Below are positions 39,893 to 54,105 of a stretch of 64,000 bases of DNA, piece by piece. The position numbers were made by a program, and so were the translations under genes. How positions within the stretch are numbered: position 1 is the stretch's first letter; each line of letters opens with the position of its first letter. This DNA comes from the human T2T-CHM13v2.0 reference genome, Homo sapiens. Under the pieces are notes generated by a model. The model was given only the letters and a program-made list of their open reading frames with translations, did not search any database and had not been told where the DNA came from. The stretch lies in assembly GCF_009914755.1 (NCBI RefSeq), contig NC_060942.1; one strand, given 5' to 3'.

Positions 39893-41911
39893 TGTCTAGT
39901 AATTTTTTAAGGAGCACTGGACATTATAATGTTTTTTGGTTAAAGACTCCCTTTGTTTCCTTTAGAAATTATTGAGTTTTATTTTGGCAGGTAGTTATTT
40001 TAATTCTGGATCAATTTTACCTCAATATGTTGTTAGACTTGCATAAAAAGCAATCAAGAGTATTCTTTCCTCCAGGATTAGACTAATCAGTTACTGCTGA
40101 AGTGTGGTCTTTCTAGGGTCTCAATGCTCAAGGGGTTCAGCAAACTCTCTCTACTCTGGCTTGACAGATTCTATGGACCTCTGAGAAATGCTAACTCTCT
40201 TATGCCTAATATACACATATGCATATATGTGCATATATTTATCAGGTATGTATGTGTGTATATTTACACTAATTTTGGACCCCACTGTGTATCTATATTG
40301 TACAGTATACTCCATTCGTATAGATATTGTGGAAAATAGCCTATCTCCTCTTATTTGTGTTGTCATTCATCTATGTTAAAAATATAGTTGATGTGGAAAT
40401 GAATTGGAATACAGATACCACATATTTAGTAAGTTAAATAATGATTTATAATTTTGATTAAGAGGTGGAAGACTAGAGAACAATTGTAACAGATATTCAA
40501 GAGAATGAAAATAATTTGGAAATTAATCTTTTAGTGTCTACTTCTCATGCTAGTAGTACAATGAACTAGGTTTCTATTCAACTTCATTAACTTGTGATGT
40601 AGTTGATATATGATTTTGGATAAATTGACATCAATACAGGATATTCAACATCTACTGAATGAAATAAATTTTATGTGAAGTTGTATCCTCATACCTTCAT
40701 TTGAATTTATATTTGCAGTTTTATTAGGCTTTCAATGTGTTTATACACATACTCATTTTGTCTATAGCTTTCATGCAGTAAAAAAGCCTTAAAAACCTTT
40801 AAAACATCAAGCTTTTGCATAAGAAGATTGTGATGTCATGTTAGAGCATTTTTTATTTTTCTAAACACCTTGGAATTAATTTCAAGGTTGATGAAATCAC
40901 CAGGATTCCTTGAGGCATGTTTTAAAAACATATTATGGTGAAAAATGTCTTAAATTGTGTATGATATGAACACTAAATTATATTTACGATTGTTAAGTAC
41001 TGTTACATTTAGAAGTAGTAGAACATCTATCTCAGAATAGATTTCCTTGTAACAGTTTTCTTAAATGTCAAAAAGCAAACGAGAGAACTCTGCATTACAG
41101 CAAATTTATATTTATGGTTTTTTTCTCCAAGACAAAGTTAACATTTGAGGAGCTACAAGGTTTTATTATTCTAAACATAGAGCAGAAGGACCATTCATGA
41201 AGAGTGCTGGAAATGCTAGATAAGCTCTTAGTGACTGGCAGTGCCAAAGCTAGCTGAACTTAAGTTATCTTGTATCCTTCCTTATTATTTTGCCTTGTTG
41301 TTGCTAAAGGGGAAATCTATTAACTCAGAGGAAAATTCAGACCAAAGAATCAATTACTTCCTTTTCTATATTCGTCATGATTAATCTACCCTTATTTTTG
41401 TTTAGCATGAGGACATGGTTTCCAGTATAAATCATCTGAACATTCAAAGATGCTTTACCTTAAATAAAATTAGGTATTGGTGACTGCAGTCAGAAATATG
41501 AGGAATAAAGGACATATGCTAAATCACTTCTTTCTTACCAAATACATTCTTCACTCTGCCCCTGCTGTGCTAGTCCCGAGTTATTCCAGAGATTGGCTCA
41601 CCAGCTGGGCTTTATTATACCAATTACAATTGCTTTGGCTCCTTCTGAAAGTATAAAATGATGTGATCAATGGCTTGACAATGCACATTATCATGCATAC
41701 AAATGTAATTCCTTCATTCAAAAGTATGTGAGTATCTCTGACATTATGCTTTAAAAATATTTAAATTATTAATAATTATTCATTGATGAGATCAGTTGGG
41801 ATTTTACACTTGGAAGTGTAGAAATTTGAAAATCTGTCATTATCCTCTAGAAGACAATTGCTTTCAACTCCACAGGTCCCCAAAATTGTTAGAGTATAAC
41901 AAAACATATTT

Positions 41912-42150
41912 ACAGTATAGCACAGTGGATTAGAAATAAGCTTTGAGGTTCTCTCTGCCACTTAAAAGATGTGTGACCTTGATTAAATTACTTAATCTTC
42001 TTTCTTGCAGTTTCATTATCTTAAAATAAAGTTAACAATTTCAATATTGTCGTATATTATCGTACTGTTATGAGGATTAACATGAGATAATTTATGTAAA
42101 ATACTTACCCTGACTTGTACATAGTGAGTGCTCAAAAAATATTTGTTGAA
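41912..42150 (+). mobile_element. MIR
   Basis: 'ctctgccacttaaaagatgtgtgaccttgattaaattacttaatct...gttatgaggattaacatgagataat...catagtgagtgctcaa'. Confidence 0.8.
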
Positions 42151-42584
42151 TGGATACATAGATGAATATTCTTCCAAGATTGTCTCATTAAATCACTTTT
42201 CATTACAAAGAAAAACAAAAATGACATTTTTTCCCCAAGCTACCTTTATTAATTTGATTATAACTCCTTACTGGCTGAAATGTTCTCAGTCAATCATTAG
42301 CTTTATTGAATACACTTGCAATTCTAAGCACTAGTTATGTACCTACAAATTCCAAATTGCAAGGAAAAATACAAAATTTAAGAAACAGGACATTATGTAT
42401 AAGGACGTACTACTACAAATGTACAATCTTTATATTACTCAAAATTCTCCTAATGAAATGAGTACTCAAAAATCTCTTACTAACTGTTTCTATCTACTTA
42501 CCTATTATATAAAATTTATGGGCAAGTATTTGCATTTAGAAGTAAGTCCTAGAAGAGGGAAAATAGAAGAACTTCTATAAAGGA

Positions 42585-42760
42585 TGAGTTTAGAGTTCAA
42601 AATTCTATATTTTCATTTCAAATGAATTACATTTTAGTTCTGTGAATGTAGACAACTCAAATTCTTCTGAAACTTGTTTCTTTCATTCACTGAGAATATA
42701 GAATGATAAATAACATAATAACTTGAAAGTGCTTGGTGAACCAGAAAGCATTGGCCCATC
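42585..42760 (+). mobile_element. MIR (degenerate)
   Basis: 'ttctgtgaatgtagacaactcaaattcttctgaaacttgtttctttcattc...gaaagtgcttggtgaac'. Confidence 0.45.
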
Positions 42761-43149
42761 TACAGAGTTATGGGACTGTCATCCATCATTGCCAGGAGGG
42801 CATGCAACTATCTCTATTGCGATTCTCTGATCAGAAGTGTGAGGAACTTTTAATAGGCTGTCACTATCAGCTCCCATTTCTGCTCTAACTTGGTTCTTTG
42901 TCATAGTCCCAGAAAATCTGAAAAGGGACTTAACATAGTGGGTCATTTGTGAGGTCTCAAAGAGGGAGGCATCCTGATTCAACCTGCCCATACTAATTTA
43001 TTCTGATCCTGTTTCTTATAATGAATCTTAATGTTCATTTATCTTCAAATCATTCTGCCATATACCACATATTTATGTCTGTATATTATTTTTTAACCAG
43101 TTCTATTAACCTAGATCCTCAATAGAAGCCTACAAAATCCTCAGAGTAA

Positions 43150-43420
43150 AGTTAATATGAACTTATCCATCACATCTCCAGAAGGATTCTCTGGAAATGC
43201 CTCCCTTTGAGCTAATCTCTCCTAATTCTCTGCTCCCATATACTTTTATTTTTGTAGAGACCAATAAATAATGTAATTTTTTTTTACATATCTGTCTGCC
43301 TGATTAAACTGAAAGTCCTATAAGGGCAAGAATGATAGGTATACCTTTTTTATAAAAAGAAAATTTATCAGTGTAATTATAGGAATCAGCATAATGTTAA
43401 ATACTTACTGAAGTGAAATG
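43150..43420 (+). mobile_element. L2 3' end
   Basis: 'catatctgtctgcc..attaaactgaaagtcctataagggcaagaat'. Confidence 0.5.
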
Positions 43421-44545
43421 AAAGAAAAAATTATAAAATGAGTTGTATCCTTTTCTAAATAAATATATGCTTATTAAAAAATACTTAGAAAAACATAAAA
43501 GAAAAAACATTAAAATACAATCGCAAAAAATAATGAGATATTATTTTAGAACCACTCTATTGATAAAAATTATAAAGATTGAGAGTATTAACTATTGGTA
43601 AAGATAAAGGAAACACTGAGGGAATGTAGGTTTGTTAAATATTCTACTGGAAATATCTATAAAATCAATATATGTAAGCGTGCCTTGTTTTATTATGCTT
43701 TGCTTTGTTGTGTTTCACATATATTGCATTATTTTTTAATAAACTGCAGGTTTGTGGCAACCTTGTGTCCAGCAAGTCTACTGGCGTCATTTTCCAATAG
43801 CTCACTTTGTGTCTCTTTGTCACAGTTTGGTAATTCTGCAAATATTTCTGTCTTGTTCATTATTATTACGTCTGTTATGGTGATCTATGATCACTGATCT
43901 TTGATGTTACTATTCCAGTGGTTTTGAAGGGCCACAGACTGCTCCCACATAAAATGGCAAACTTAGTGGAAAAAATGTTGTGTGTGTTCTGACTCCTCCA
44001 CTGACCAGCTGTTTGCTGTCTCTCTCTCTCTTTCTCTCACCTGAGCATTTCTATTTCCTAAGACACAACATTGTTGAAATGAGGCCAATTAATAACCCTA
44101 CAACAGGCTCCAAGCATTGAGGTGAAAGGAAGAGTCACACATCTCTCACTTTAAATCAAAAGCTAGAAATGATTAAGCTTAGTGAGGAAGGTATGTCAAA
44201 AGCCAAGATAAGCTTAAAGCTAGACCTTTTACATCAAACAGTTAGCCAAGCTGCGAATGCAAAGGAAAAGTTTTTGAAGGAAACTGAGAATGCTACTCCA
44301 GTGAACACATGAATGATAAGAAAGCAGAACAGCTTCATAGCTGGCATGGTGAAAATTTCAGTGGTCTGGACAGAAGATCAATCCAGCCCAAAGAGCTGAG
44401 ATCTCAAGAAATTTTATCTTTCACAAATGTAGATATATAAAAGGGAATATTTTCATTTATTGAGGAAGTTTCAATGTTTTTAAAGATATGCACAATGATC
44501 ACATACAAAGTCAATGTGATAATGTACTTTCATGGGGTCAAATTT

Positions 44546-45287
44546 CTGATGTCCAAGGCAGCAGAAGAAAAGTCTGTCCCAGATCTCAGAGAGAATCCGA
44601 TTCTTCTTTTGTATTTGTTATCTCTGGGCCCCCAGCTGATTGGATGGTGCCTGCCAACATTGAGGGCATATCTTCTGCACTTAGTCCACTCAGAGTCATA
44701 CACTGAACTGCTCTGAAAACACCCTCACAGACACACCCAAAATAATGCTTTACCAGGCTTCTAGGGACTCTTTAATTCTGTCAAGTTGACATCTAAATTA
44801 ACTGCACAAGTCCACACCTTGTCAAGTTGGCACCTGATATGGATTGGCTGTATCCCCACTCAAATCTCATCTTGAATTGTAGCTCCCCAAATTCCCATGT
44901 GTTGTGGGAGGGACCCGATGGGAGATAATTGAATCATGGAGGCAGTTTCCCCCATACAGTTCTCATGGTAGTGAATAAGTCTCTCGAGGTCTGATGGGCT
45001 TATAAGGGGTTTTCCCTTTCACTTGGCTCTCATTATCTCTTGCCTGCTGCCATGTGTAATGTGACTTTCACCTTCTGCCATAATTGTGAGCCCCCCCCCC
45101 CCAGCCATGTGGAACTGTGAGTCCATTAAATCTCTTTTTCTTTACACAGTCTTGGATATGTCTTTATGAGCAGCGTGAAAACCGACTAATACAACACCCA
45201 TATGTATCTCCTTAAACCATACCTAATTTCCAAATAAAGACAATAACAAGGTAATAGTTCCACTGAAGATGATGCAACTATCCTGTG
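44546..45287 (-). mobile_element. HERV-L 3' internal end, polypurine tract and partial MLT2B LTR
   Basis: MLT2 text 'ctgattggatggtgcctgccaacattgagggc...caagttgacatctaaattaactgcaca', followed by 'agtccacacctt' (antisense PPT) and ERVL-int sequence. Confidence 0.82.
44835..45193 (+). mobile_element. THE1B solo LTR
   Basis: TGATATGG...GACTAATACA. TSD gcacc/acacc. Confidence 0.92.
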
Positions 45288-45410
45288 ATTGATTTTGGGG
45301 AAGCTATATGTCTGGAATTTTAGACTTTAGGGATTTGGATATGTCGAGGTTTCAACAGTTATGATTATGGTATGTGAGATTGTATCTCTCAGGATTGTGG
45401 TACAAAGCCT

Positions 45411-46600
45411 GTGGTTATACAAAACAGTTATTCAATGTGGACCAAACAGCCTTATATTGGAAGAAGATGTTACCTAGGACTTTCGTAGATAGGCAGGAAA
45501 AGTGAATGCCTGGCTTCACAGTTTGAAAGAACAGGTTGACTCTCTTGTTAGGGGCTAATGCAGCTGATGAATTTAAGTTGAAGCTAATGCTCGCTAACCA
45601 TTCTCAAAGCCCTAGGCTACTTAAGAATAATGCTAAATCTTCTATGCCTGTGTGTCCTCTATAAATGGAACAACAGAGCCTGGATGATGGCGCATTTGTT
45701 TACAGTAAGATTTACTGAATATTTTAAGCCCACTGTTGAGAACTACTGCTAAAAAAGAGATTCCTTTCAAAATATTACTGTTCATTGACAATTCACTTGG
45801 TCATCTAAGGACTCTGATGGAGATGTACAAGGAGATTAATGGTGTGTTCATATCTGCTAACACAACATACATTCTGCAGCTCATGGGTCAAAGAGGAATT
45901 TCAATTTCCAAGTCTTATTAACATTTCAAAAGGTTGTAGCTGCCATAGATAGTGATTCCTCCTGTGGATATGGGAAAAGTAAACTGAAAACCTTCTGAGA
46001 AGGATTCACCATTCTAGATGCCTTTAAGGGCATCCGTGATTTATGGGAGGACATCAAAATATCAACAATAATAGGAGCTGGGAAGATGTTGATTTCTGTC
46101 CTCATGGATAACTTTGAGGGGTTCAAGACTTCAGTGAAAAAAAGTAACTGCAGATATGGTGGAAATAGCAAGAAAACAAGAATGAGAAGTGGAGCCTGAA
46201 GATGTGACTGAATTACTGCAATCTTGTGATCAAACTTTAATGGATGAGCAGTCGCTTCTTATGGATGAAAAAAGAAAGTGGTTTCTTGAAATGGAATTTA
46301 TTCCTGGTGAAGATGCTATGAACATTGGTAAAATGACAACAAATGATTTAGAATATGACATAAACTTTGTTGATAAAGCATCAGCAGGATTTGAAAGGAT
46401 TGACTGCAATTTTGAAAGAAGTTCTACTGTGGATAAAATGCTACCAAATAGCATTGTATGCTACAGAGAAATATTTTGTGAAAGGAAGAGTCAATCAATG
46501 TGGCAAACTTCATTATTTTCTAATTTCAAGAAATAGCCATGACCACACCAGCCTTCAGCAACCACTACCATAATCAGCTCCCATCAACACTGAGGCAGGG
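45411..46600 (+). pseudogene. Decayed Tigger1 transposase (DDE domain and C-terminus)
   Basis: ORFs 45736-45921 (IPFKILLFIDNSLGH...ANTTYILQLMGQ) and 46189-46536 ([11 protein letters not shown]...[11 protein letters not shown]...YREIF) are Tigger1/TIGD1-like, with stops and frameshifts. Confidence 0.85.
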
Positions 46601-47089
46601 CTCTCCAGCAGCAAAAAGATTATGGCTCTCTAAGGGCTCAAATGTGTTAGCATTTTTTAGCAAAAAGAAGTCTTCTAAAATAAAATTCTATACATTGTTT
46701 TTTACACATATCTGCAATGTCTCTAAGGTATGCCTGTATCCTATGACACTACAATTCTATTACTAGATATATAACCTAAAAACCTCTAGCATGATATATT
46801 CAGGAAGTCACATCAAAATGTGTTTAATTGTAGTATTGTTTGTGAGATAAAAAAATAGAACACAACTCCTATGTTTCATTAGAGAAATAATTGAGGAAAC
46901 ACTATATAGCAGGGTAATGAATGAACTAACTGTAAATGCATGAGCGTAGATACGACTTTCAAACATTTATTTGAATGCAAAGAACAAGTTGCAGAAACTT
47001 TCCCTTGTTCATATCATTTATGTTTATTCAAATCCATACTCATCCCCCTATACCATGCTCTATTTGCGGTGTCTCTCTGTGTGTGTGGA

Positions 47090-47092
<3 letters not shown>

Positions 47093-47130
<38 letters not shown>
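47093..47130. repeat. (TG)19 microsatellite
   Basis: Read directly from the sequence. Confidence 0.97.
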
Positions 47131-47133
<3 letters not shown>

Positions 47134-49014
47134 TTCAGAAACATAGACTATAAAGAAAAACATAAACTCCATGATGTTCTCCTAGGGAATGAGGAAATGA
47201 AGATGTATGGAAGGATTGGAAATTGGACTAGGGAGGAAAAGGAATGTTATTTCAAATTTATAAATAACTTTATAATAAAAACAAAAATAACATGTTGATA
47301 TATTTCTTCCACTTCCTCTCAGTGTATTCCTTCTAGTGTCCTGCATGTATAATTTAATAGTTTAAATTTAAAAATAGTTATTGTTATTTGTTCAGGTCTT
47401 AGTAGATGTCTCTTTATTTATCTGTGTTACAAACAACTTGAAAAGCTTTCCAATGGCATCTGTGTTGTGTGGCATTTAGAATGTATTAGAAACATTTGTT
47501 GGACCTCTACTTCATGCTAGGTGGTCTTTTAGATTCTTCACAGGAATGAGAAACAGTATCTAAATTTCAGTAACCTAATAAAAATTAGCTATCAAGGAAA
47601 CGCCTATTACTTCCAGCTAGAAAGTTTCCCATAGTAATTACCACCAAATTAGATTTTCTGTGTATATATTTTCTGTGCAATTTTTATAGTAACATCTTTA
47701 AAAGCATACATTTCCCAATAAACAGGTGAATAATGAATACACAAACCATACAAGTACAAAAATTTACATATATTTCTTTATTATTACCATCTTGATACAT
47801 TGCTTTCTAAAATAAATCCAGAATGGCCATCAGTACAATTCACATTCTCTAGCAAAATATTTCCTCTTTTACTTGTTTCTGCTACTCCAAAGCCTTTCCA
47901 GTTTTAAATACAATAGTGCATCCATATGAAAGAATCTATTTAACTTCAACTTATTCTCAAAACAGTGAATCAATTTTTGAAGAGTCTTGGGTATCTGCTG
48001 ATGTTTCTGAAGTTAAATGAGAACCAGGTATGTCTCCTACAGTGCATTTTCTTCGTGGAAAATTATGGTCCCTGTTGTACTGCTTGTTTATAGTAAGTTC
48101 TAGTATAAAGCTACAGATTATGACTGTAGGTGTTCAGGTAGGGTTTACAACCAGGAGCTGAAGCAGAAAAAGAATAAATGCCAATTTTACTACTTTTAGT
48201 GATAGTCAAGGAATGTTGGATAAAGCAAGTTCGTGTCATTATTTTTGGAATGTGTATACTTTATTAAATTACACAAAAAGACAATTCCTTAAACTTTGAA
48301 TATGAGTATGCTTTCTGATCATGATATATTCTCAAATGAATAATACAAATTATGGATTTCATGTGGCATGGCCAGTGTGATTGTTCTACATCAAAGGGTG
48401 GATGTCTGCAGATTTGGAGGTGGTGCTGTCGCCTTCTCTCATGCTAGCATTTCCATTGCACAAGAGAATTAGAGAATGCAGTCACTGAGATGGGGTTGAT
48501 CTACAGAAAAAAGAAGCCACGGAACATATGTTTTTCAAAATGGAACTCACATTCAAGGAACTCACATTGTCAAGTGTTCTTGGACACTGACAATGAAATA
48601 CAACATGAGAAAAGATGGGCACTAAAAATGAGTCATGAGGGGGTAACAACGAAGTCAGTCAAATTCTGGGCTTCTGCCAAGTCTGAAAGGCAAGCAACTG
48701 GCAGAGACTCAGGGGAACTTAGACAATAATAGAAGTAGTAGTGGCAAGGGCCACCTGCTTTTCTTGAGAGATTAACTATTGTTAAACCCTTGGCACTCTG
48801 CAATGGAACCTTGTATCCACAGGCAGAAAGCAGAGCATGCTGTGATATTAGTCTTGGGAATTCATGCCAAATCAGAGAGAATCATCCCTGCTTTCCATTG
48901 AGGGAGAAGAGAGCATGCCAGACCAGCTGAGACATCTGCTGTCGTGAAAGTTTCTTGAAGGACTGAAGCTTCCATCAGGCTATATACATAGTTTGTATAC
49001 ACACACACATCCCC

Positions 49015-49033
49015 CTCTATATACATACATAGT

Positions 49034-49064
<31 letters not shown>

Positions 49065-49150
49065 TTATTTAAATATATATATTTAAATATATATTTATAT
49101 ATATTTAAATATATATATATTTATATATATATTTAAAATACACACACACA
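49015..49150. repeat. (TA)n / TATTTAAATA-rich tract
   Basis: About 105 nt A/T-only core with repeated palindromic atatatttaaatatat units. Confidence 0.9.
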
Positions 49151-50554
49151 GTTTTAGTGAGAAAAAAACTGGCTTAACAGGCAAAGCATTAAACCTGGTG
49201 CTAGTTCCTTTGACATTCCCTCATTTTGCACTTTTTGTATACAAACAATTGTTCAAGATGTAAACAACCTTCTCAAAATTAGCCCACAGAAAATAAAGTA
49301 CATGGAGATGATTTTGGACACAAATAGCCATATTAGTTCTTAGAAAATGGCTGTTTGCAAATGTAACATTCACAATTATGAGCAGAAAGTAATTAGATGT
49401 TAATGTCTCTGAGCAGTTACAGAGGAGAGATTTCATGGTGTGGCACAGGAAGTGTCACAGAGTCCTCATTTCTGCAATGACATATCCCTTTCAGCTCAGA
49501 TTTGAATCCAAAAGTGACTTTCCATGCCAAAAATTGCTTAAAATATCTTTCTGATCATCATAGAAGCACCACATGCTGGTCTCTCATTTGAAAGAATACA
49601 GATAGAGAGTGATTAGATTAGAGAAACTGTCTTGGAGAATGTCACAGTGCTTTGGCATAATAAGAAAATTAGGTAAATAGCATTCAGTGGAGTTTATTGG
49701 TGGGAAGTAAAGGCTTCCATAGCAGCTATTACCTGATGAAGGTTTGTCCTTAATAATTGTCATTTTAATGCACAGATTCCCTGCAGTTAATAGATCCTAA
49801 ACAGATCCTCTCTACAAAAGGAAAATAACATGGGACTGCCAAAGAAGGCCCCAAACAGATCAGAAGTATTTGTCAGCTACTCTGGTTGAACATTAGTATG
49901 AACTTCTGGGTGAAAAGAAATTTGTAGATTAATATCAGAACCATAATAATAATTTTATAATTTATTTACTATAATGGTATATGCTAAAATGCATATATGG
50001 TCTTCATCATAGAATGAAAGTTTAAATATCTACAAGAAATTTTGAATTTATCAAAGGCCTCTATGAGAATGGTTATAGCCCTAGTTAACGCTTACAGGCA
50101 TGGTTTTTATGTAGTTCTGCCTAGATGGACCTAAAATTGATACATGATATATAGCTACATAATTTATAAGTAACAGCTAAGGGCTTAACCTTTGAATGAT
50201 TTTGCACGTAAATAAGTATATTTATTAAGCAGACTTGTGGGAAAATGTTAAATGTGATTATCTGTGGGAAGATTATAGCAAATAGTGCTGAAAGCCTCAT
50301 TGCCAACAATAAAAACACATTGAAACCAAACTCAAAGTTTGTTGTTTTGCCATCATTTATTTTCGAGGGCCCACATTGCATATTCATTTGCTTATCTGAA
50401 ACTTCAATATTCTTACCTCCTCACTTCCTCTTGAGGTCTCATGATGTTGAGCATACTATCAACTTTTTTGATAGGGAAATCATATGGGAAGTGGAAAAAG
50501 TATAGTGTTTGGAGTCCAAAGGGCTTCAAAATGTAGAATTTAAAATTTTATACA

Positions 50555-50785
50555 GATTATTACTATTACTTTGTCTCAAGTGCCCCTTATGGTACAGACG
50601 CTTGGAAAATGCTTTACATACTTTGCCTCTAGCCCCAGTGTAAGCCCTGCAGAGCATATGTTATTATCCACATTTGTTAGATGAAAAAACACAGCTCAGT
50701 TAAACTAAGATTTGGCTTAAGGTATCACAGACAGTGATGAGCACAAGTGTCTTACAAAACTAAATTTCCCTGGCTCCCTATGAAA
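50555..50785 (-). mobile_element. MIR
   Basis: 'tgctttacatac...ttattatccacatttgttagatgaaaaaacacagctcag'. Confidence 0.65.
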
Positions 50786-50795
50786 GAGTCTATGC

Positions 50796-51120
50796 CAGCA
50801 TTGTCTAAAAGAAATAAAATACATGCTTCATATGTAATTTTAAATTTTCTACTAGCAATATTTTTAAAAGTATAGAGAAATCCATGAAATTAATTTTTAA
50901 AATTTTAACTTAATCCAATATAATTAAAATAATCACTTCCTGTTTTTATATATTTCACATTTGTGGTTTTTTTGTACTAAGTTCTTGAACTCTGGTGTGC
51001 ATGTGAAATGTATAACACGAGTCAGTTTGGTTTAGTCTGATTTCAAGTATTCAAATACCATAAATGGCTAGTGGCTACTGTATTTATACTATTCTAGTAG
51101 CTACTATACTACTCTACGCA
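50796..51120 (+). mobile_element. MER33 (hAT-Charlie)
   Basis: 'cagcattgtctaaaagaaat...catatgtaattttaaattttcta...tggctagtggctactgtatt'. Confidence 0.85.
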
Positions 51121-51134
51121 GTTCAAAAATAGAG

Positions 51135-51350
51135 TTGTGATGCAACATTAGATCAAAAGTGCAAGGTTTCTTTGATTGCTGGCTCTAACTACTTGCCACC
51201 TGAAGGATACTGGCTGATAATTTAATCTGAGTCTTTTCTCACAAGCGTGAAAATGGTGTGATAATACTTAACCCATAGAATTGGGAGGGGTGAATTAGAT
51301 TATCAGATGGGAAATACCTGGCTGATTACCAGACATGTACAAGGACTTCA
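51135..51350 (+). mobile_element. MIR
   Basis: 'ctggctctaactacttgcc...tttaatctgagtcttttctcac...tgaaaatggtgtgataatactta'. Confidence 0.55.
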
Positions 51351-51934
51351 CAAGAAGATAGATCCATTCTATTTTTCTCTCTTTTGCTTATAGATTTTGT
51401 TTCCATAAGGATATCCTGTGCTGCCCCAAAGCTTAACCAAAACTCCTCTTAGAAAGTCGTGAAAAGAAGGCACGTTTAGCTTCATGCATTTTATATTTTA
51501 GTTGAGTTCTGATAATGGTTTAGATCACCATGATTGGCCAAGTGATCTTGGGAATGCAGAAACGACAAACTTTCTCAGCTACACTTACATTAAGATTTAA
51601 ACTGGTAGTCGGAAAGAATTCATTGAGAGGCTGATAGAACTCCAAATGAGTTATACTCTACAACCAAACATTAATTATTTCAGACTGTTTGTAGTTTTTC
51701 ACCTGAGCTAGTAGAGATAATTGAGTCCCTTTACAATTGAATGAACTAAGACTATAACATAAGAAATACAGCCAAATTTTGAACTCCAATCTCAATCCAT
51801 TTTTTTTCACAAATTCCCATGGCTCATGAAAACAGTTTCATTGATATTCCAAATTAAAGGATATACTATTATGCAATCTAGCACTTGTGTCTTATAATAC
51901 ACCAGAATTGTACATTTGAAATGTATATTATTTA

Positions 51935-52109
51935 GAACCAGATAAACTGAAGTTTAGAAGACAAGTATGTCATTTACTAGCTGTGATATTTGGAGCAGAT
52001 TGTAAATTTATCTGATCTTCAAAAACTACCTTGAAAGTTTGAGATTAAGATTAAAATTTATTCTTGTAAAAACCCTTCCCATTCTGCATGATACATAATA
52101 CCTACTCAA
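51935..52109 (+). mobile_element. MIR, with MLT2A inserted at its 3' end
   Basis: 'tgtcatttactagctgtgatatttggagcag...ttgaaagtttgagattaagattaaa'. Confidence 0.55.
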
Positions 52110-52534
52110 TGTATTAGTCAGGCTTCTCTAGAGGGACAGAACTAATAGGGTAGATGTATATATAGAGGAATTTGTTAATGAGGATTGACTCACACGATCA
52201 CAAGATGAGGTCCCACAATAGATCGTATGCAAGCTGAGGAGCCAGGAAGCCAGTTGAGTCCCAAAACTGAAGAACTTGGAGTCCGGTGTTTGAGGTCAGG
52301 AAGCACCCAGCATGGGAGAAAGATGGAGGCGAGAAGACTAAACCAGTCTAGTCTTTTCAAATTCTTCTGCCTGCTTTTATTCTGGCTGTGCTGGCAGCTG
52401 ATTGAGGGTAGGTCTGCCTTTCCTAGTCCACTGACTCAAATGTTAAACTCCTTTGGCAACACCTTCACAGACACACCCAGGAACAATACTTCTCATCCTT
52501 CAATCTAATCAAGTTGACAGTATTAACCGTCACA
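52110..52534 (-). mobile_element. MLT2A1/MLT2A2-like solo LTR (ERVL)
   Basis: 'tgtattagtcaggcttctctagagggacagaactaatagg...caatctaatcaagttgacagtattaaccgtcaca'. TSD ctcaa/ctgaa. Confidence 0.9.
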
Positions 52535-52699
52535 CTGAAGAAATGGAAATATAACATTATAACGGTGGTTCTAAATAAAGGAAAATTTTTAAATTTTAGT
52601 AATCTGTATAAAAATCTAACATACTATAAAATAAATTTAATGTAATGGTGAATGCATTAGATTTAGAGTCAGTGACCCTTTTATCTCTCCACCAAAAAT

Positions 52700-53655
<956 letters not shown>

Positions 53656-53699
53656 AGGGCAATAATATTTAAAAGACTTTAGTCTTTTAGATTTAGATT

Positions 53700-54100
53700 T
53701 TAGATTAATAAAAGGGGCAGAATAATTGGTAATCCATAGACAAGAAAATAACTAAATCTTAATGTATACTTCATATCAAATACAAATATCATTTCCAGGG
53801 GATATTAAAGAGTTAAATTTATAAAACAATAGCATGAAATTTATAAATACCATATAGAAAAATAATTTTATTACCCTAGGCCAAAACCATTTCTTAATGA
53901 AGACAAAAGAAGTGAAAACTACAAAGGAAAATAAACTTACATGGTCTACTGTATATTTTGCTCACCACAAGATACAAAAAGGGCAACAAGACAGAAAAAA
54001 CAGATAGTGGAAATACGTATCTTAAAAATCCTAAATATTGCAAGTTGGCCAAATAGCAATAAGATATAAATGGATAAATTTAGAAGGTAACTAAGATATT
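53700..54100 (+). mobile_element. Old L1M ORF2 fragment
   Basis: A-rich L1 text 'tatacttcatatcaaatacaaatatcatttccagggg.atattaaagagttaaat'. Confidence 0.5.
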
Positions 54101-54105
54101 TCCTA

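Larger units (their letters stand above)
44388..45409. mobile_element. Ricksha (MULE-MuDR), left end deleted, carrying an HERV-L/MLT2B segment
   Basis: Right terminus 'ttttagactttagggatttgga...aggattgtggtacaaagcc' matches the Ricksha TIR (GGGTTTGGATCATAATCCCG...). Internal 'gagctgagatctcaagaaattttatctttcacaaatg' also matches Ricksha. Confidence 0.75.
43675..46736 (+). mobile_element. Tigger1 (TcMar-Tigger), both ends present, internally deleted and interrupted
   Basis: Left TIR-like 'taagcgtgccttgttttatt'. Right TIR 'gcaatgtctctaaggtatgcctg'|TA. Transposase-coding remnants lie between. Confidence 0.92.
43480..47300 (+). mobile_element. Old L1ME-type 3' fragment, split by Tigger1 (pieces ~43480-43674 and 46737-47300)
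   Basis: L1 3'-end text runs across the Tigger1 insertion ('atctataaaatcaatatatg' | 'tatcctatgacactacaattctattactagatatata'). Confidence 0.6.

Noticed and set aside
42101-42114. ATACTTACC resembling the U1 snRNA 5' end
   Set aside because: Only 9 nt match, inside a MIR, and no U1 body follows.
46189-46536. 115-aa ORF resembling TIGD1
   Set aside because: It is a fragment of a decayed Tigger1 transposase. The upstream frame is broken by stops, a deletion and nested insertions.
47965-48034. Possible small exon ending CAG|GTATGT
   Set aside because: The acceptor is weak (little polypyrimidine) and the peptide is unrecognised, so it cannot be supported.
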